From the IMG/VR virus record IMGVR_UViG_3300045988_090786: a stretch of 42,374 nt of DNA; one strand, given 5' to 3'. The notes below the pieces were generated by a model that saw nothing but the letters and a program-made list of their open reading frames with translations, made no database searches and was not told where the DNA came from. Both the position numbers and the translations under genes were made by a program. This DNA comes from a virus. Positions 26,928-36,379 of the stretch are shown one piece after another. Position 1 is the first letter of the stretch. Each line of letters begins with the position of its first letter.

Positions 26928-27368
26928 TCACGCCCGATTCAGCCGCTGAATATCGCCGAAAAGCAGCACCCAGCTGACATTCTGTCCCTGAGATTCGAAC
27001 GGTTCATCCGGTTCTTTCTGAAATGCGCCGTAAGAGCAGGAAATCGTCTTGCTCATTTTCGGGGCGCGGATTGTCAAGCTGATCTGTGCCCATTCATCCG
27101 TGGACGCCGACCACAGATAATTAAACAGCCCCTGTAGCCAGTTATGCAGCGGAGATGTCTGCTGGGCATTGATAGATACAGTGCCATTGTTCCCTGCAAT
27201 CTTGCTGGTCATTACAGAGCCGTCGGCAGCAATATTCTGCTGGGAGCGTTCCGTCGATTTGCTGACAGAAAAATTCCCGATACCCTCGCCGTTAACCGAA
27301 AACTGTCCGTAGGACGGATGCGAAATAACGGCGGTAACATCGGTAAAAGAATAAGTTGAATATCTCAT
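26928..27368 (-). CDS. Tail tube protein (contractile tail)
   Basis: 146 aa immediately downstream of the sheath gene. Confidence 0.55.
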   Translation of the reverse strand: MRYSTYSFTDVTAVISHPSYGQFSVNGEGIGNFSVSKSTERSQQNIAADGSVMTSKIAGNNGTVSINAQQTSPLHNWLQGLFNYLWSASTDEWAQISLTIRAPKMSKTISCSYGAFQKEPDEPFESQGQNVSWVLLFGDIQRLNRA

Positions 27369-27382
27369 ACATTAGCCTCCTC

Positions 27383-28525
27383 TTAGCGGTTGACGTCAAC
27401 CTGCACGACAACGGAATGAATAGCCCCGGCGAGCTTCAGTGCGATGTAGATCGGCGGTGCGATACGGTTATCACGGTCGGACTGGGACTGCTTATCAATC
27501 GGTTCCGACTGAATTAGATATCCGTTCGGCAGCGTATCACCGGCTGTGAGTTCAAGCACATCATTACCATTCCAGACGCCGGACGCCAAGAATCCGATCT
27601 TGTTGTACTCTTGGCAAACATCTTCCAATGCCCTGTGCAAGATCGTCATTCCGGCTTCTGTCTGCGGCACTTTCGCATTCTGTGTCAACCGATCCATGAT
27701 AGCCAGCTGGCAATCATTTTTGAATTTATCAAGGAAAATAATCTCATCAAAGAATGAACCGTCGGCCATAACGCCCTCTTCTAACATATTGTAATAAGTA
27801 CCGCGGTTCACATAGACATTACCATTTGCTCCCTTGATTTTCGTAACGGAATTAGACGGGAAAACAGAAGTTGCATTTTCTGTTTCAATGCCGGAAAGCG
27901 TCTTGAATTTTAACGTGAACGCAGAGTTAATCGTACCGGTCATAAAAGCCATAGCATTTCCGATAGCCGCAGCCACAGCGTCGGAATGCTTTGTCGAAAA
28001 CAGACCAAAGCAACGGCGATACAGTTTATTTTTTGCTTTTACAAAAATACTGTTATCCGTAGCAGCAGCGTCATTTTCGGCATTGCCGGAGGTGTACGCA
28101 TAGACTGTATCCGGCGTACAAGAATTGGTATACTCGAGATTCGCCAAGTGCTGTTCCGGCGTCTGTTCTTCACAGACAATACCAACATACCATTCATAGT
28201 TAGCTTCACGGCACGCCTTGAGTGCCTGTACGGCAGTTTCCGTTACAGACTTCACTGTGGCGATACAGCCGACCATGAATTTATCAGGTTTTTTATTCTG
28301 CCCCATAAGCAGAGCAGCGGCTTTATACAGGCGGTCGGTGAGTTTGAACCCATCCTTCAGCATTTCATCCAGAGATGAATATTCGCGGACGCGTTCTGCT
28401 GCCGGAATAATATCGGTCTTGCCAATCAGGCAGCATACATTGAATCCTTTTCTGACAGCAGATCGCTGAGAAAGATTAACAATAATCTTGACAACGCTTG
28501 TCAGGTCTAACGGTTTAAGCGGCAT
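27383..28525 (-). CDS. Tail sheath protein (short PBSX XkdK / DUF3383-type)
   Basis: 380 aa; AAAGGAGG SD; order sheath-tube-chaperone-TMP. Confidence 0.6.
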   Translation of the reverse strand: MPLKPLDLTSVVKIIVNLSQRSAVRKGFNVCCLIGKTDIIPAAERVREYSSLDEMLKDGFKLTDRLYKAAALLMGQNKKPDKFMVGCIATVKSVTETAVQALKACREANYEWYVGIVCEEQTPEQHLANLEYTNSCTPDTVYAYTSGNAENDAAATDNSIFVKAKNKLYRRCFGLFSTKHSDAVAAAIGNAMAFMTGTINSAFTLKFKTLSGIETENATSVFPSNSVTKIKGANGNVYVNRGTYYNMLEEGVMADGSFFDEIIFLDKFKNDCQLAIMDRLTQNAKVPQTEAGMTILHRALEDVCQEYNKIGFLASGVWNGNDVLELTAGDTLPNGYLIQSEPIDKQSQSDRDNRIAPPIYIALKLAGAIHSVVVQVDVNR

Positions 28526-28545
28526 ATTAGCCTCCTTTTTAATAA

Positions 28546-29115
28546 TCAGGGAACGTTAACACTCCCTGTAAAATCATCTTGATTACCAGAGCTTGGCACG
28601 GAATCGTGCGGGACTGTAAGTGTGACGTGTTCAATAGCTCCAACGTTTTCCGTGTTAACGTAAAGTTCGTTGTAGCGTAACGTCATATCAGACCGTTCCC
28701 ACCATTGTCCGTTAAATAACTCCGGAGAACGTACGATAGCAGGATTCGTGGGAACCAGACACACGTTCTTACTCTCGAGAGTTCTGCGTGTCTTCTCCCA
28801 AAGGACACCCGCACGCACCCGATCCAGCCATTCATGCCCGTCCGTGCCATAGCACGTCAGCAGTATATCCCAGACCCGTGTTCCGACGTGATCACGATAT
28901 ACGGTGCCGTTCTCGGTATGATATACCGGAGAACGGTCATTACCGTAACTGTCGTCGGCCTCATGCAGGTATAAAAACAAAACGGTATCCGTGATTGCAA
29001 ATCCCGGGGCTCCGTTCGTCGGGTATGATACCCTCACGGTGGAGCCGTTCACCGGCTGCTGCAAAATATCGCAGATAGCTGTTCGGAGCAAAGACTGCAG
29101 AGCTTTAATTTTCAT
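28546..29115 (-). CDS. Head-tail joining / tail completion protein
   Basis: Position in the connector gene string between the capsid and sheath genes. Confidence 0.35.
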   Translation of the reverse strand: MKIKALQSLLRTAICDILQQPVNGSTVRVSYPTNGAPGFAITDTVLFLYLHEADDSYGNDRSPVYHTENGTVYRDHVGTRVWDILLTCYGTDGHEWLDRVRAGVLWEKTRRTLESKNVCLVPTNPAIVRSPELFNGQWWERSDMTLRYNELYVNTENVGAIEHVTLTVPHDSVPSSGNQDDFTGSVNVP

Positions 29116-29473
29116 TTGTCCCGTTCCTCCCGAGCATAATTCCGATCATCTTCGTATAGCCGGAATCCTGCCAATTTTCAAGATGCATAATTTTATAAGT
29201 ATTGCCCGCATACCGTAGGCGCGGTGGCGGGCTGGCGGTTAAATCAAGGTCTATCGGCTTGCGTGTCCAGAATGTGATTGAGCCGGATATCCGGTCGGCT
29301 TCCGGAAGCATCTCCAGATCGTCTTTGCCCGTAGCCCTCACGACACCGCTGACCGTTTCCGGCGCAGCTTGTGATACGACATACTCGCCGTCCTGCCACT
29401 CGCCCTGATTTTTAACAATCTGGAACGTAGTGACGAAATCCGGATCATCAAGCAGAAACGAAATATCCAGCAT
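29105..29473 (-). CDS. Head-tail joining protein
   Basis: 122-aa ORF in the connector string. Confidence 0.35.
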   Translation of the reverse strand: MLDISFLLDDPDFVTTFQIVKNQGEWQDGEYVVSQAAPETVSGVVRATGKDDLEMLPEADRISGSITFWTRKPIDLDLTASPPPRLRYAGNTYKIMHLENWQDSGYTKMIGIMLGRNGTNEN

Positions 29474-29477
29474 ACAA

Positions 29478-30038
29478 TCAATCCTTTCTGACTACATAAG
29501 TGATAGCCTCCTGCATGGCACCGGTATCGATGAGCGGGCGGCTTGAACCTTTCAGCTCAATCGTTCGCGGACTGTTCGGTGCCCATCCATTACGCGGATC
29601 GGTAAACCATTTCTTGGCGTACGATGCCGCCAGATTACCCGCACTCCGCAGACCTCGGTCACTCTTAGTCTGCAGATATTGTTTAACGCCGGTATTCATC
29701 GCCCGGGCAATAACGGCTTTATTAGCCGCGATGGCAGGTTCAAGGACAGGACGCGGCGGCGAAGCCCAGAGCGGCGACCCGTGAGATTGCAAATACAACT
29801 CATGAGCCTCGCTATACTTCATTCCACGCTCCACATCCTTATCCATTTCCTGCCGCATGGCTTTTCTGCGGATGCCGTGGGTATGCAGGTAGAGCAGTTC
29901 AGAGCTGGTTACCGATTCGCCGTCACGTGCCGTTCTGTCAGATGGTATACCGACTAATACGCCGATTTTTTCCAGTTCTTTCATGCGGGCTGCCAAGTCA
30001 AAATCGGCGCGTTGCTTCTTTACTACAGTCAAACCCAT
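29478..30038 (-). CDS. Head-tail connector / head closure protein
   Basis: 186-aa ORF in the connector string. Confidence 0.35.
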   Translation of the reverse strand: MGLTVVKKQRADFDLAARMKELEKIGVLVGIPSDRTARDGESVTSSELLYLHTHGIRRKAMRQEMDKDVERGMKYSEAHELYLQSHGSPLWASPPRPVLEPAIAANKAVIARAMNTGVKQYLQTKSDRGLRSAGNLAASYAKKWFTDPRNGWAPNSPRTIELKGSSRPLIDTGAMQEAITYVVRKD

Positions 30039-30050
30039 ATCATTACCAGA

Positions 30051-30509
30051 TTACCAGATTGTCATACCGCCCATGGCGGCAACCTTTGCCAGCTGCACAA
30101 ACTGCTGCCCGTATACAGTCTGAGAAAATGTCCCCCAACCTGCAGATTCACTCGCAACCGAGCCGAAATCATATCCGACGGACATATCCGCAACAGATTT
30201 ACTCGTAGCAATACCGCGGGATAATCCGGCATTGATAATCTGCTGCGTGCTGGCACCTTCAGGTGTCGACGATTGCAGGTATAGCGTGAGAAAATGGGCT
30301 ATATATAATCCCATGCCCATCTCCCACAAGTCATTCCAGCGGTCATACTGCAGGCAGTTCATAGCCATCTTGATCCATGCTTTCCTGACGACTTCCGACA
30401 CGTCTTTAAACTGCGGATACATCGTCAGAAAATCGTCCATTGTATATTCGGGATTATTATCACTGCTCCGGATATTCGACGCAGCAGCGATAATCCCGTA
30501 TATATTCAT
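30051..30509 (-). CDS. Head-tail connector protein (DUF4054-like)
   Basis: 152-aa ORF in the usual DUF4054 position after the capsid gene. Confidence 0.35.
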   Translation of the reverse strand: MNIYGIIAAASNIRSSDNNPEYTMDDFLTMYPQFKDVSEVVRKAWIKMAMNCLQYDRWNDLWEMGMGLYIAHFLTLYLQSSTPEGASTQQIINAGLSRGIATSKSVADMSVGYDFGSVASESAGWGTFSQTVYGQQFVQLAKVAAMGGMTIW

Positions 30510-30811
30510 CAGTCACCTCTGGCCGCTTTGACGGCTTCAAGAAGTTCAGCTTTTGTGGACTTATCAGACAATTCCAGTCCGAGTTTCGTGCCCATTTCGA
30601 TGAGTTCCGCTTTCGTCATATCGTCCAGCGGATCAGTATCGGCAGGTTTGTTTTCCGGGATTGTAATAATCCCGTCCTGCATCGCCCAGTCAAACATCGG
30701 ATCGGCTTTAATCCAATCCGGGGCATCAACCAAATCCATCTCACGGGCGGTAAAAATCGCCCCGGTTTCCAGATTGCGGAAACCTACACGTTTATGCGCA
30801 AAAATAACCAT
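30509..30811 (-). CDS. Small protein with C-terminal HeH/SAP-like (Rho N-terminal-like) motif
   Basis: MTKAELIEMGTKLGLELSDKSTKAELLEAV helix-extended-helix motif. Confidence 0.4.
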   Translation of the reverse strand: MVIFAHKRVGFRNLETGAIFTAREMDLVDAPDWIKADPMFDWAMQDGIITIPENKPADTDPLDDMTKAELIEMGTKLGLELSDKSTKAELLEAVKAARGD

Positions 30812-30825
30812 AATTACCTCCCGGA

Positions 30826-31827
30826 TTAAATGCCGTCACGATAAACAAACGGTTCTGTGTAGTGGACTTTAACCTGACCGACAGCGGATACATACAAGCT
30901 GTCATAGGATGCATTAGCAACTACCGGCTGTGTCATTGCACGGGTGAGCGGAACCGGAACATCCATACCGACGAAGCGTTCTTCATTGACATAGCAGATC
31001 ATGCGGTCTTTCTGGCCAACGCCTGCTTTTTCGCACCAGCGGCATTCGCCGATAAACAGGTCGACGCCCTTATTCTTGGCAATGTTATTCTGCTTGAGAT
31101 ATTCAAGAATGGAGATTGCACCGTTCACGCCGGCGATGGAAACCATAGTAGTTACCAGATACCCATACTGTGTCGGCGGAATCAGAATATGGTTCGGAAT
31201 AGCATTCTGGTCGTACCCAGAAGCAGCCCAACCCGCCATAATAGCCTCGTTGATATCCGTGAGGATTTCAAGCGGCGTTTTCTTCTTCCAATCAGTAGCG
31301 GACGCAGCACCTGTAGCAACAGAAACCGGTGTTACTTTAGACTGGTTCACCAGCCCTTCGGTACCGTAATCTGCATTGCCGATATAAGTATTGCTGTCCA
31401 TGTACTTGTCGTAATCAAGACGGATACCGGTGTTATAAATCTGTTCGATAGAGCGTCCGGTTACTGCGCCACGCTGCATATCCACAAATTTAACGCCCAT
31501 GGTAATTTCATAAGGCAACACCTTAAATACGTCTTTACCGACGTTCGCCTGAATTCTGCGGATTGTGTTCTGGATGCCGCCGGTTTCGGAGTTACCGCCG
31601 ACCGCAGCATAGTCGACATTCATCGCGCTTGTGGATTCTACCCATCCGCCGCCGGACTGAATACTAATATCACGGGGATATGTAGTGCTTGTCAACGGTT
31701 CGCGCAGTTTCGGATCAATTTTCTCGAGTTCAGAAACGAGAAAAGACAGTCCACCGGAAATCGCGGAGCTGTCAAAAGTCGGTACGGCATTTCCGTACAT
31801 AGATGGCATAGTGATTTTTTTACCCAT
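30826..31827 (-). CDS. Major capsid protein (HK97 fold, lambda gpE-like)
   Basis: 333 aa; follows the decoration-like and scaffold genes; natural-looking composition, whereas the equally long antisense ORF is Cys/His/Arg-rich. Confidence 0.65.
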   Translation of the reverse strand: MGKKITMPSMYGNAVPTFDSSAISGGLSFLVSELEKIDPKLREPLTSTTYPRDISIQSGGGWVESTSAMNVDYAAVGGNSETGGIQNTIRRIQANVGKDVFKVLPYEITMGVKFVDMQRGAVTGRSIEQIYNTGIRLDYDKYMDSNTYIGNADYGTEGLVNQSKVTPVSVATGAASATDWKKKTPLEILTDINEAIMAGWAASGYDQNAIPNHILIPPTQYGYLVTTMVSIAGVNGAISILEYLKQNNIAKNKGVDLFIGECRWCEKAGVGQKDRMICYVNEERFVGMDVPVPLTRAMTQPVVANASYDSLYVSAVGQVKVHYTEPFVYRDGI

Positions 31828-31846
31828 AATTATTATTTACCTCCTG

Positions 31847-32353
31847 TTAAACGCCCTGACGGGTCACAATAACAACTTCCGCAACGTTATTAGCGTCTTT
31901 GCCGGTCGCCCACTTTGCATTAGTGAGTTGTACCGTATTAGTTGCATCTGCAGCTGCTGCAAATTCTCCCATTTTGTGACCGCTTGCGGCTGCTTTGTAT
32001 ACATGCACGGCACCGCCCACAGTCGGATTTCCTGCAACACATTCAACCATGACCGCACCGCGTTCGAGAATATCGCAGTTTTCATTGGCTGCATAATATC
32101 CGTGGTTCTGATCAGGATAAACGAGCGCGGACTTTATACGGCGCATAGCAACGCCTGCAAATGCAGCAGCGGTGCCTGCCCCTGCACCCAGTAGCGTGCA
32201 GGTTCCGTCAGCACCGATTTCAACGGCAGCACCGAACGGGATATTCGCAGCACCTTTCTTTACCGGTCTGGTACGAGAAATTTCATCCCCCTGACGGCTA
32301 ATCTGTCCGGGATATCCGAAATTAAGAGTTTTTCCAATAACTGTTCCTGGCAT
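31847..32353 (-). CDS. Capsid decoration / accessory structural protein (Gly/Ala-rich, DUF2190-like position)
   Basis: 168-aa Gly/Ala-rich protein immediately upstream of the capsid gene; AAAGGAAGG SD. Confidence 0.4.
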   Translation of the reverse strand: MPGTVIGKTLNFGYPGQISRQGDEISRTRPVKKGAANIPFGAAVEIGADGTCTLLGAGAGTAAAFAGVAMRRIKSALVYPDQNHGYYAANENCDILERGAVMVECVAGNPTVGGAVHVYKAAASGHKMGEFAAAADATNTVQLTNAKWATGKDANNVAEVVIVTRQGV

Positions 32354-32355
32354 AA

Positions 32356-33537
32356 TTATTTACCTTCCTTTCTGTAATGAGGATTCATTTTTCTGCAGGC
32401 TTCCCCAAAATCGGATGCGTGAGCCATGCCATGGTCTGCAGCTTTTGCATGCAGCATTTTAGCGAAAACTGAATTATCCTTTTTCTGCGGTATCAGTGCG
32501 CCACGAAGTCCGTCAACGACTTTTTGCCGCTGATCATCCGGCAGTGCTGCGATAGTCGGTTTAATCGCCCGAAGAATAGAACGAGCTACCGCGCGGTCAA
32601 CAGTCGGTTTTTCGTCTTCATCGTCCTCGTCTTCGGTTTTAATATTTTCCGGAGCTTCGGTGACGGACTCCTCGTTATCAATCGGATCTTCATCTTCAGA
32701 TAATTCTTTCTCAAGATTGTCCAGATCATCCGGTTTTTCGTCGTTCATGCGCGCTTCCAGATCGGCGATGCGCTTCATGAGCGGTGCGAAAGCTGCATCA
32801 AGTGCTTTTTTTACTTCTTCTTCCGGTACGTCTTCATCTTTCACTTCCGGCTTTACTTCCGGTTTGGTCTCCGGCTTTTCTTCAGGTTCATTCACCGCGT
32901 CCATAGCTTTTTTCAAATCTTCCGGCGTGGTATCTTCATCTTTCGCAAAGACCGCCAGCATTCGACTTACAATATTACCTTTTTTTGTCATGTTCTTACC
33001 TCCATTTTTAATTACTGGTTTTTCATCCCTGATGGCTACCCGACTACCGGCTCGACCGTTATTCACGACCGCTATATGATTGCAGACAATATTACATTGT
33101 TCCAATCCGCCGTCGCATTCCCGATAATCGCACAGATACCCTGCAGATATTTCACGCTTTCCTGCTTCAATCTCGGATATAAGCGTAGCATCATATATAA
33201 TTAAATCGCCGATAATCAAATCGGCATTTTCACCGGCACCCCTGCGGACATTCGCACAGGTACCGCGGATATAACCGGTCGCATTTCCCGGTTCTACAAA
33301 TTCAGCAGGATGATCGTCCGTTACCGGTTTTCCCTCAAAGCTCGCTAAAGTAGACTTCTTAAAGACTTCTTCCGGTTTTCGGTACACTTTTACAATTGAG
33401 CTATCGCTCATTCCGACCTCGCTGCCCAGGTAGTCCTGCTCACCCGTCCGAGCAAGCGGAACATTATGACAGATTAAAAAGCCGTCCGTCGTCCGTGTCA
33501 TATTAGGCGAAAAGCGGCTTCCGTAATAAGCCTGCAT
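32356..33537 (-). CDS. Prohead protease/scaffold-like protein (DUF2213-like N-terminus, acidic coiled-coil C-terminus)
   Basis: N-terminal MQAYYGSRFSPNMTRTTDGFLICHNVPLARTGEQDY pattern; long Glu/Asp/Lys/Pro-rich low-complexity centre; position between MuF and capsid. Confidence 0.5.
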   Translation of the reverse strand: MQAYYGSRFSPNMTRTTDGFLICHNVPLARTGEQDYLGSEVGMSDSSIVKVYRKPEEVFKKSTLASFEGKPVTDDHPAEFVEPGNATGYIRGTCANVRRGAGENADLIIGDLIIYDATLISEIEAGKREISAGYLCDYRECDGGLEQCNIVCNHIAVVNNGRAGSRVAIRDEKPVIKNGGKNMTKKGNIVSRMLAVFAKDEDTTPEDLKKAMDAVNEPEEKPETKPEVKPEVKDEDVPEEEVKKALDAAFAPLMKRIADLEARMNDEKPDDLDNLEKELSEDEDPIDNEESVTEAPENIKTEDEDDEDEKPTVDRAVARSILRAIKPTIAALPDDQRQKVVDGLRGALIPQKKDNSVFAKMLHAKAADHGMAHASDFGEACRKMNPHYRKEGK

Positions 33538-34388
33538 TATATCAGACCTCCTACCATTTTAATAACTGCCGATTTGTTCATACGTGTAATTTTTCCGTTT
33601 TTATGCACCGGTACCGTGTCCGGTATTTGTTCCGGCACAATAACCGGCTCCGGCGTACATCGGCAATTAAACGTGCCGCCGGGCGGATATCGACCATAGG
33701 GCTTCTGATATCCGGGAAATAACGCCTCCGGATTCGGCGGATCATCCCAAGAGCACAGGACGCCATCCATTTTCTTATGCGCCGAACGGGAGCGTTCATC
33801 CCGCACGCTGCGCCAGAAATACCAGTTATGCCCCAGATCCTGACAGTCCGCCTGAATCATAGCCGTGTGATACTTCGCCATTTCCGTGCGGGCAATCAGT
33901 TTTGACCGCGCCCGCGTTCGGTTCGGAAACAGTTTTAATATTTCCGCTTCGATATCTTCAGGTCTTCGTCCTTTTGCTGCCTGCTCAGCAGCGTAATCGC
34001 TAACCTGCTCCGCTGTAGATAAAGGCAGTGTTTGAATTAGCTCGGCGTTTTCGCGTATCATTTCCTGCACGCGCTTGCCTCGCTCACCGGCCATGGATTT
34101 CATCAAGCGCATATACATTTCACGCGTTTTAGAGTTATAGCGTGCAGCCTCACGCCAGTTTCTGCCGACATCAGCAAACAAGCCGGTAATCATTTTACCC
34201 GCCAGAGCTTCGGAAAATGCCCGAAATTCTTCGGTTTTTGACCAAGCGTCCATCGCCCGCTTAAATGCGGCATATGAGCTGCAGTTGCGGCATGTAAAAA
34301 GCGCCTGCTTTAACAGACGCTCCAATGCCCGCTGATACGCCAGCTCAATCCGCCGTCTCGGCTCCCATAGTGGCATATATAACCTCAC
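33537..34388 (-). CDS. Head morphogenesis protein, MuF / SPP1 gp7 family
   Basis: IARTEMAKYHT, WYFWRSVRDERSRSAH and PPGGTFNCRCTPEPV motifs of the Phage_Mu_F domain. Confidence 0.9.
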   Translation of the reverse strand: MRLYMPLWEPRRRIELAYQRALERLLKQALFTCRNCSSYAAFKRAMDAWSKTEEFRAFSEALAGKMITGLFADVGRNWREAARYNSKTREMYMRLMKSMAGERGKRVQEMIRENAELIQTLPLSTAEQVSDYAAEQAAKGRRPEDIEAEILKLFPNRTRARSKLIARTEMAKYHTAMIQADCQDLGHNWYFWRSVRDERSRSAHKKMDGVLCSWDDPPNPEALFPGYQKPYGRYPPGGTFNCRCTPEPVIVPEQIPDTVPVHKNGKITRMNKSAVIKMVGGLI

Positions 34389-34480
34389 AATTGATTTATC
34401 ATCATAAGAAATATATAATCAAGACAGAAGAGATCAAGGTTGTTAGAAGAGTATGTCTTTCTAACGTAAAGTCATGAGAG

Positions 34481-36379
34481 TTAATCGTCTTCATGACTTC
34501 CTTGATCTTTTTTGTCATATACAAAATATCCGGTAACAAGAAAATTCAGTTTATCATTGAATATTTCAGGAGAAATGATAGCTTGATATTTACCTTTAGT
34601 AATCACAAAACGGCCACGCTTATTTATTTTCAACGTTCCATTTTCTATGGTGTCGGATAAATGCGAAACAAGTTCATCGACATCTTCGTTTTCTTCCTTG
34701 CGACGTTTAATAATATGCTTCAGCCCGACTGCATCATTTCCCCAAATTAACGTAATGTCATCAATATCAGAACGAATAAATGCATTTTTGATATGCCCAT
34801 TTTTACAATCAAGTAATTTTTGGACGGCAGCATCTCCGTGAGGAGCTTTATGCTCTTGCCCTAATAGATCAAGGCTTTCCTGCTTAAAGCCAATACTATT
34901 ACCGCCAGTAAATTTACCGTCATCACTGCGCGGGTGTTTGCTTTCTTCGAAATCGGCGTCCTGCGTTTCCATCGAAGACATGCCGGGGATATTCATTTCA
35001 CCGGCGGCTTCCGGCTGATCAGACGCTGCTTCGATCTGTTTATCGGTAATGTTCGTCCACATGCCGGTCAGCTTGCTTGATCCCTGCAGTTCTCGGAGCG
35101 CAGTCTTTTCTGATACCAGCCCCGCCGTATACGCCTGCACGACAGCTGCCGTTTGCTGGCTGCCAAGGCTCTGTTTTTCATCATTACTCGGGCGGCGTAC
35201 CGGATTAAATATATAATCCAGATCGTCAGGCACAGCCCCCAATGCTGACATACAGACAATGGGCAGCAGCTTATCAAGCACCGGACGTAACTGCGATTCC
35301 TGCGACTGCTCAATGGTGTCATAGTAATTATCCATATCCGCATCGCCGGTAGAGTTCATGCCCGCAGGCGACCGACCAAATAACTTTGTGACAGGAATCC
35401 CGCACGCTCCGGAAACGTCCATCATGAAGCGGTCATAGACTTCTCCAAGCCCAGAAAATGTATACTGGTGCGATTCGTAGGAATCATCTTTGCCGAGAAT
35501 CTGAATGCCGTTATTATTCAGCATCATATTCAATCCCTCGAGCGTATTATATAAAGCCTGCTGCGACTTATCGCCGCCGTACGCCAGGAGCTGCTCCATC
35601 CCGTCAATTTTCATAACGCGGATGTTGGCCATGAACGTTAACAGGGCAATATTCCAAGAAACATTATCCCGCTTTTTCAATTCCGAAAAAACGTGTTCCA
35701 TCTCGGACGTTCCCCAATAGTTCTCGGCCAATTTCTCGAGATACGGCATTTCACGGCCGGAGAACCGGCAGACGCGGCTGTTGTGCAGTCGGATAACGCC
35801 CTGCCCTTCCGGCAGCGTAACCTCATAATATTCCGGCATACCGAAATCGGGATCGGTTATATCGGTAATCAAATCGGCACTCGGCATTATACCAGACCAC
35901 CGATCCATAATGAGCAAGCCTTTAAACGCCCCCGGCATCACACGATCCAGATCCAGCGGCTCATCCATGCGATCATCCTCACCGTCAATCATAATGATTC
36001 CGGCAGCACCGCCATACAGCCGTCCCCAGTACAAACCGTTTAATATTTTCGAGTGCAGGCGCGTCTGACGGATAATTTTTGATATTTTCTGTATCTGGTC
36101 TGGATTGATATCAGACTGGAAATCATAGCCATTCTTCATCATATCCTGCGGGATAGTGTTAATAATTTTCTGGACGACCCAGTGCGACCGGTACAGAGAG
36201 TTCAACACCTGCCAGTTTTGAGTAAACCTCGTTAGCGGATATTCTGTCGCCTCGAGCAGGTTAGGCATACCTGCGCCGCTGCGGGCAAGCGGATTCACAA
36301 ACTCATCGAGTGTGAGTTTCCGCCCCACGTTCCGCCCTGCGTCGTTCGTTAAGCGGCGAGCTTTACTTTTCTTCTTCAT
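34481..36379 (-). CDS. Portal protein (SPP1 gp6-like) with C-terminal extension of about 150 aa carrying an EESKHPRSDDGKF motif
   Basis: 632 aa directly after TerL and before MuF; GGAGG SD; the C-terminal region after residue 480 is extra relative to typical portals of about 500 aa. Confidence 0.75.
   Translation of the reverse strand: MKKKSKARRLTNDAGRNVGRKLTLDEFVNPLARSGAGMPNLLEATEYPLTRFTQNWQVLNSLYRSHWVVQKIINTIPQDMMKNGYDFQSDINPDQIQKISKIIRQTRLHSKILNGLYWGRLYGGAAGIIMIDGEDDRMDEPLDLDRVMPGAFKGLLIMDRWSGIMPSADLITDITDPDFGMPEYYEVTLPEGQGVIRLHNSRVCRFSGREMPYLEKLAENYWGTSEMEHVFSELKKRDNVSWNIALLTFMANIRVMKIDGMEQLLAYGGDKSQQALYNTLEGLNMMLNNNGIQILGKDDSYESHQYTFSGLGEVYDRFMMDVSGACGIPVTKLFGRSPAGMNSTGDADMDNYYDTIEQSQESQLRPVLDKLLPIVCMSALGAVPDDLDYIFNPVRRPSNDEKQSLGSQQTAAVVQAYTAGLVSEKTALRELQGSSKLTGMWTNITDKQIEAASDQPEAAGEMNIPGMSSMETQDADFEESKHPRSDDGKFTGGNSIGFKQESLDLLGQEHKAPHGDAAVQKLLDCKNGHIKNAFIRSDIDDITLIWGNDAVGLKHIIKRRKEENEDVDELVSHLSDTIENGTLKINKRGRFVITKGKYQAIISPEIFNDKLNFLVTGYFVYDKKDQGSHEDD

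Noticed and set aside
30862-31872. 336-aa plus-strand ORF fully antisense to the major capsid gene
   Set aside because: Cys/His/Arg-rich, no SD, and opposite to a gene with good SD and structural-module synteny. Most likely a spurious open frame in GC-balanced coding DNA.
35693-36043. 116-aa plus-strand ORF inside the portal gene
   Set aside because: Antisense to a well-supported gene, no SD.
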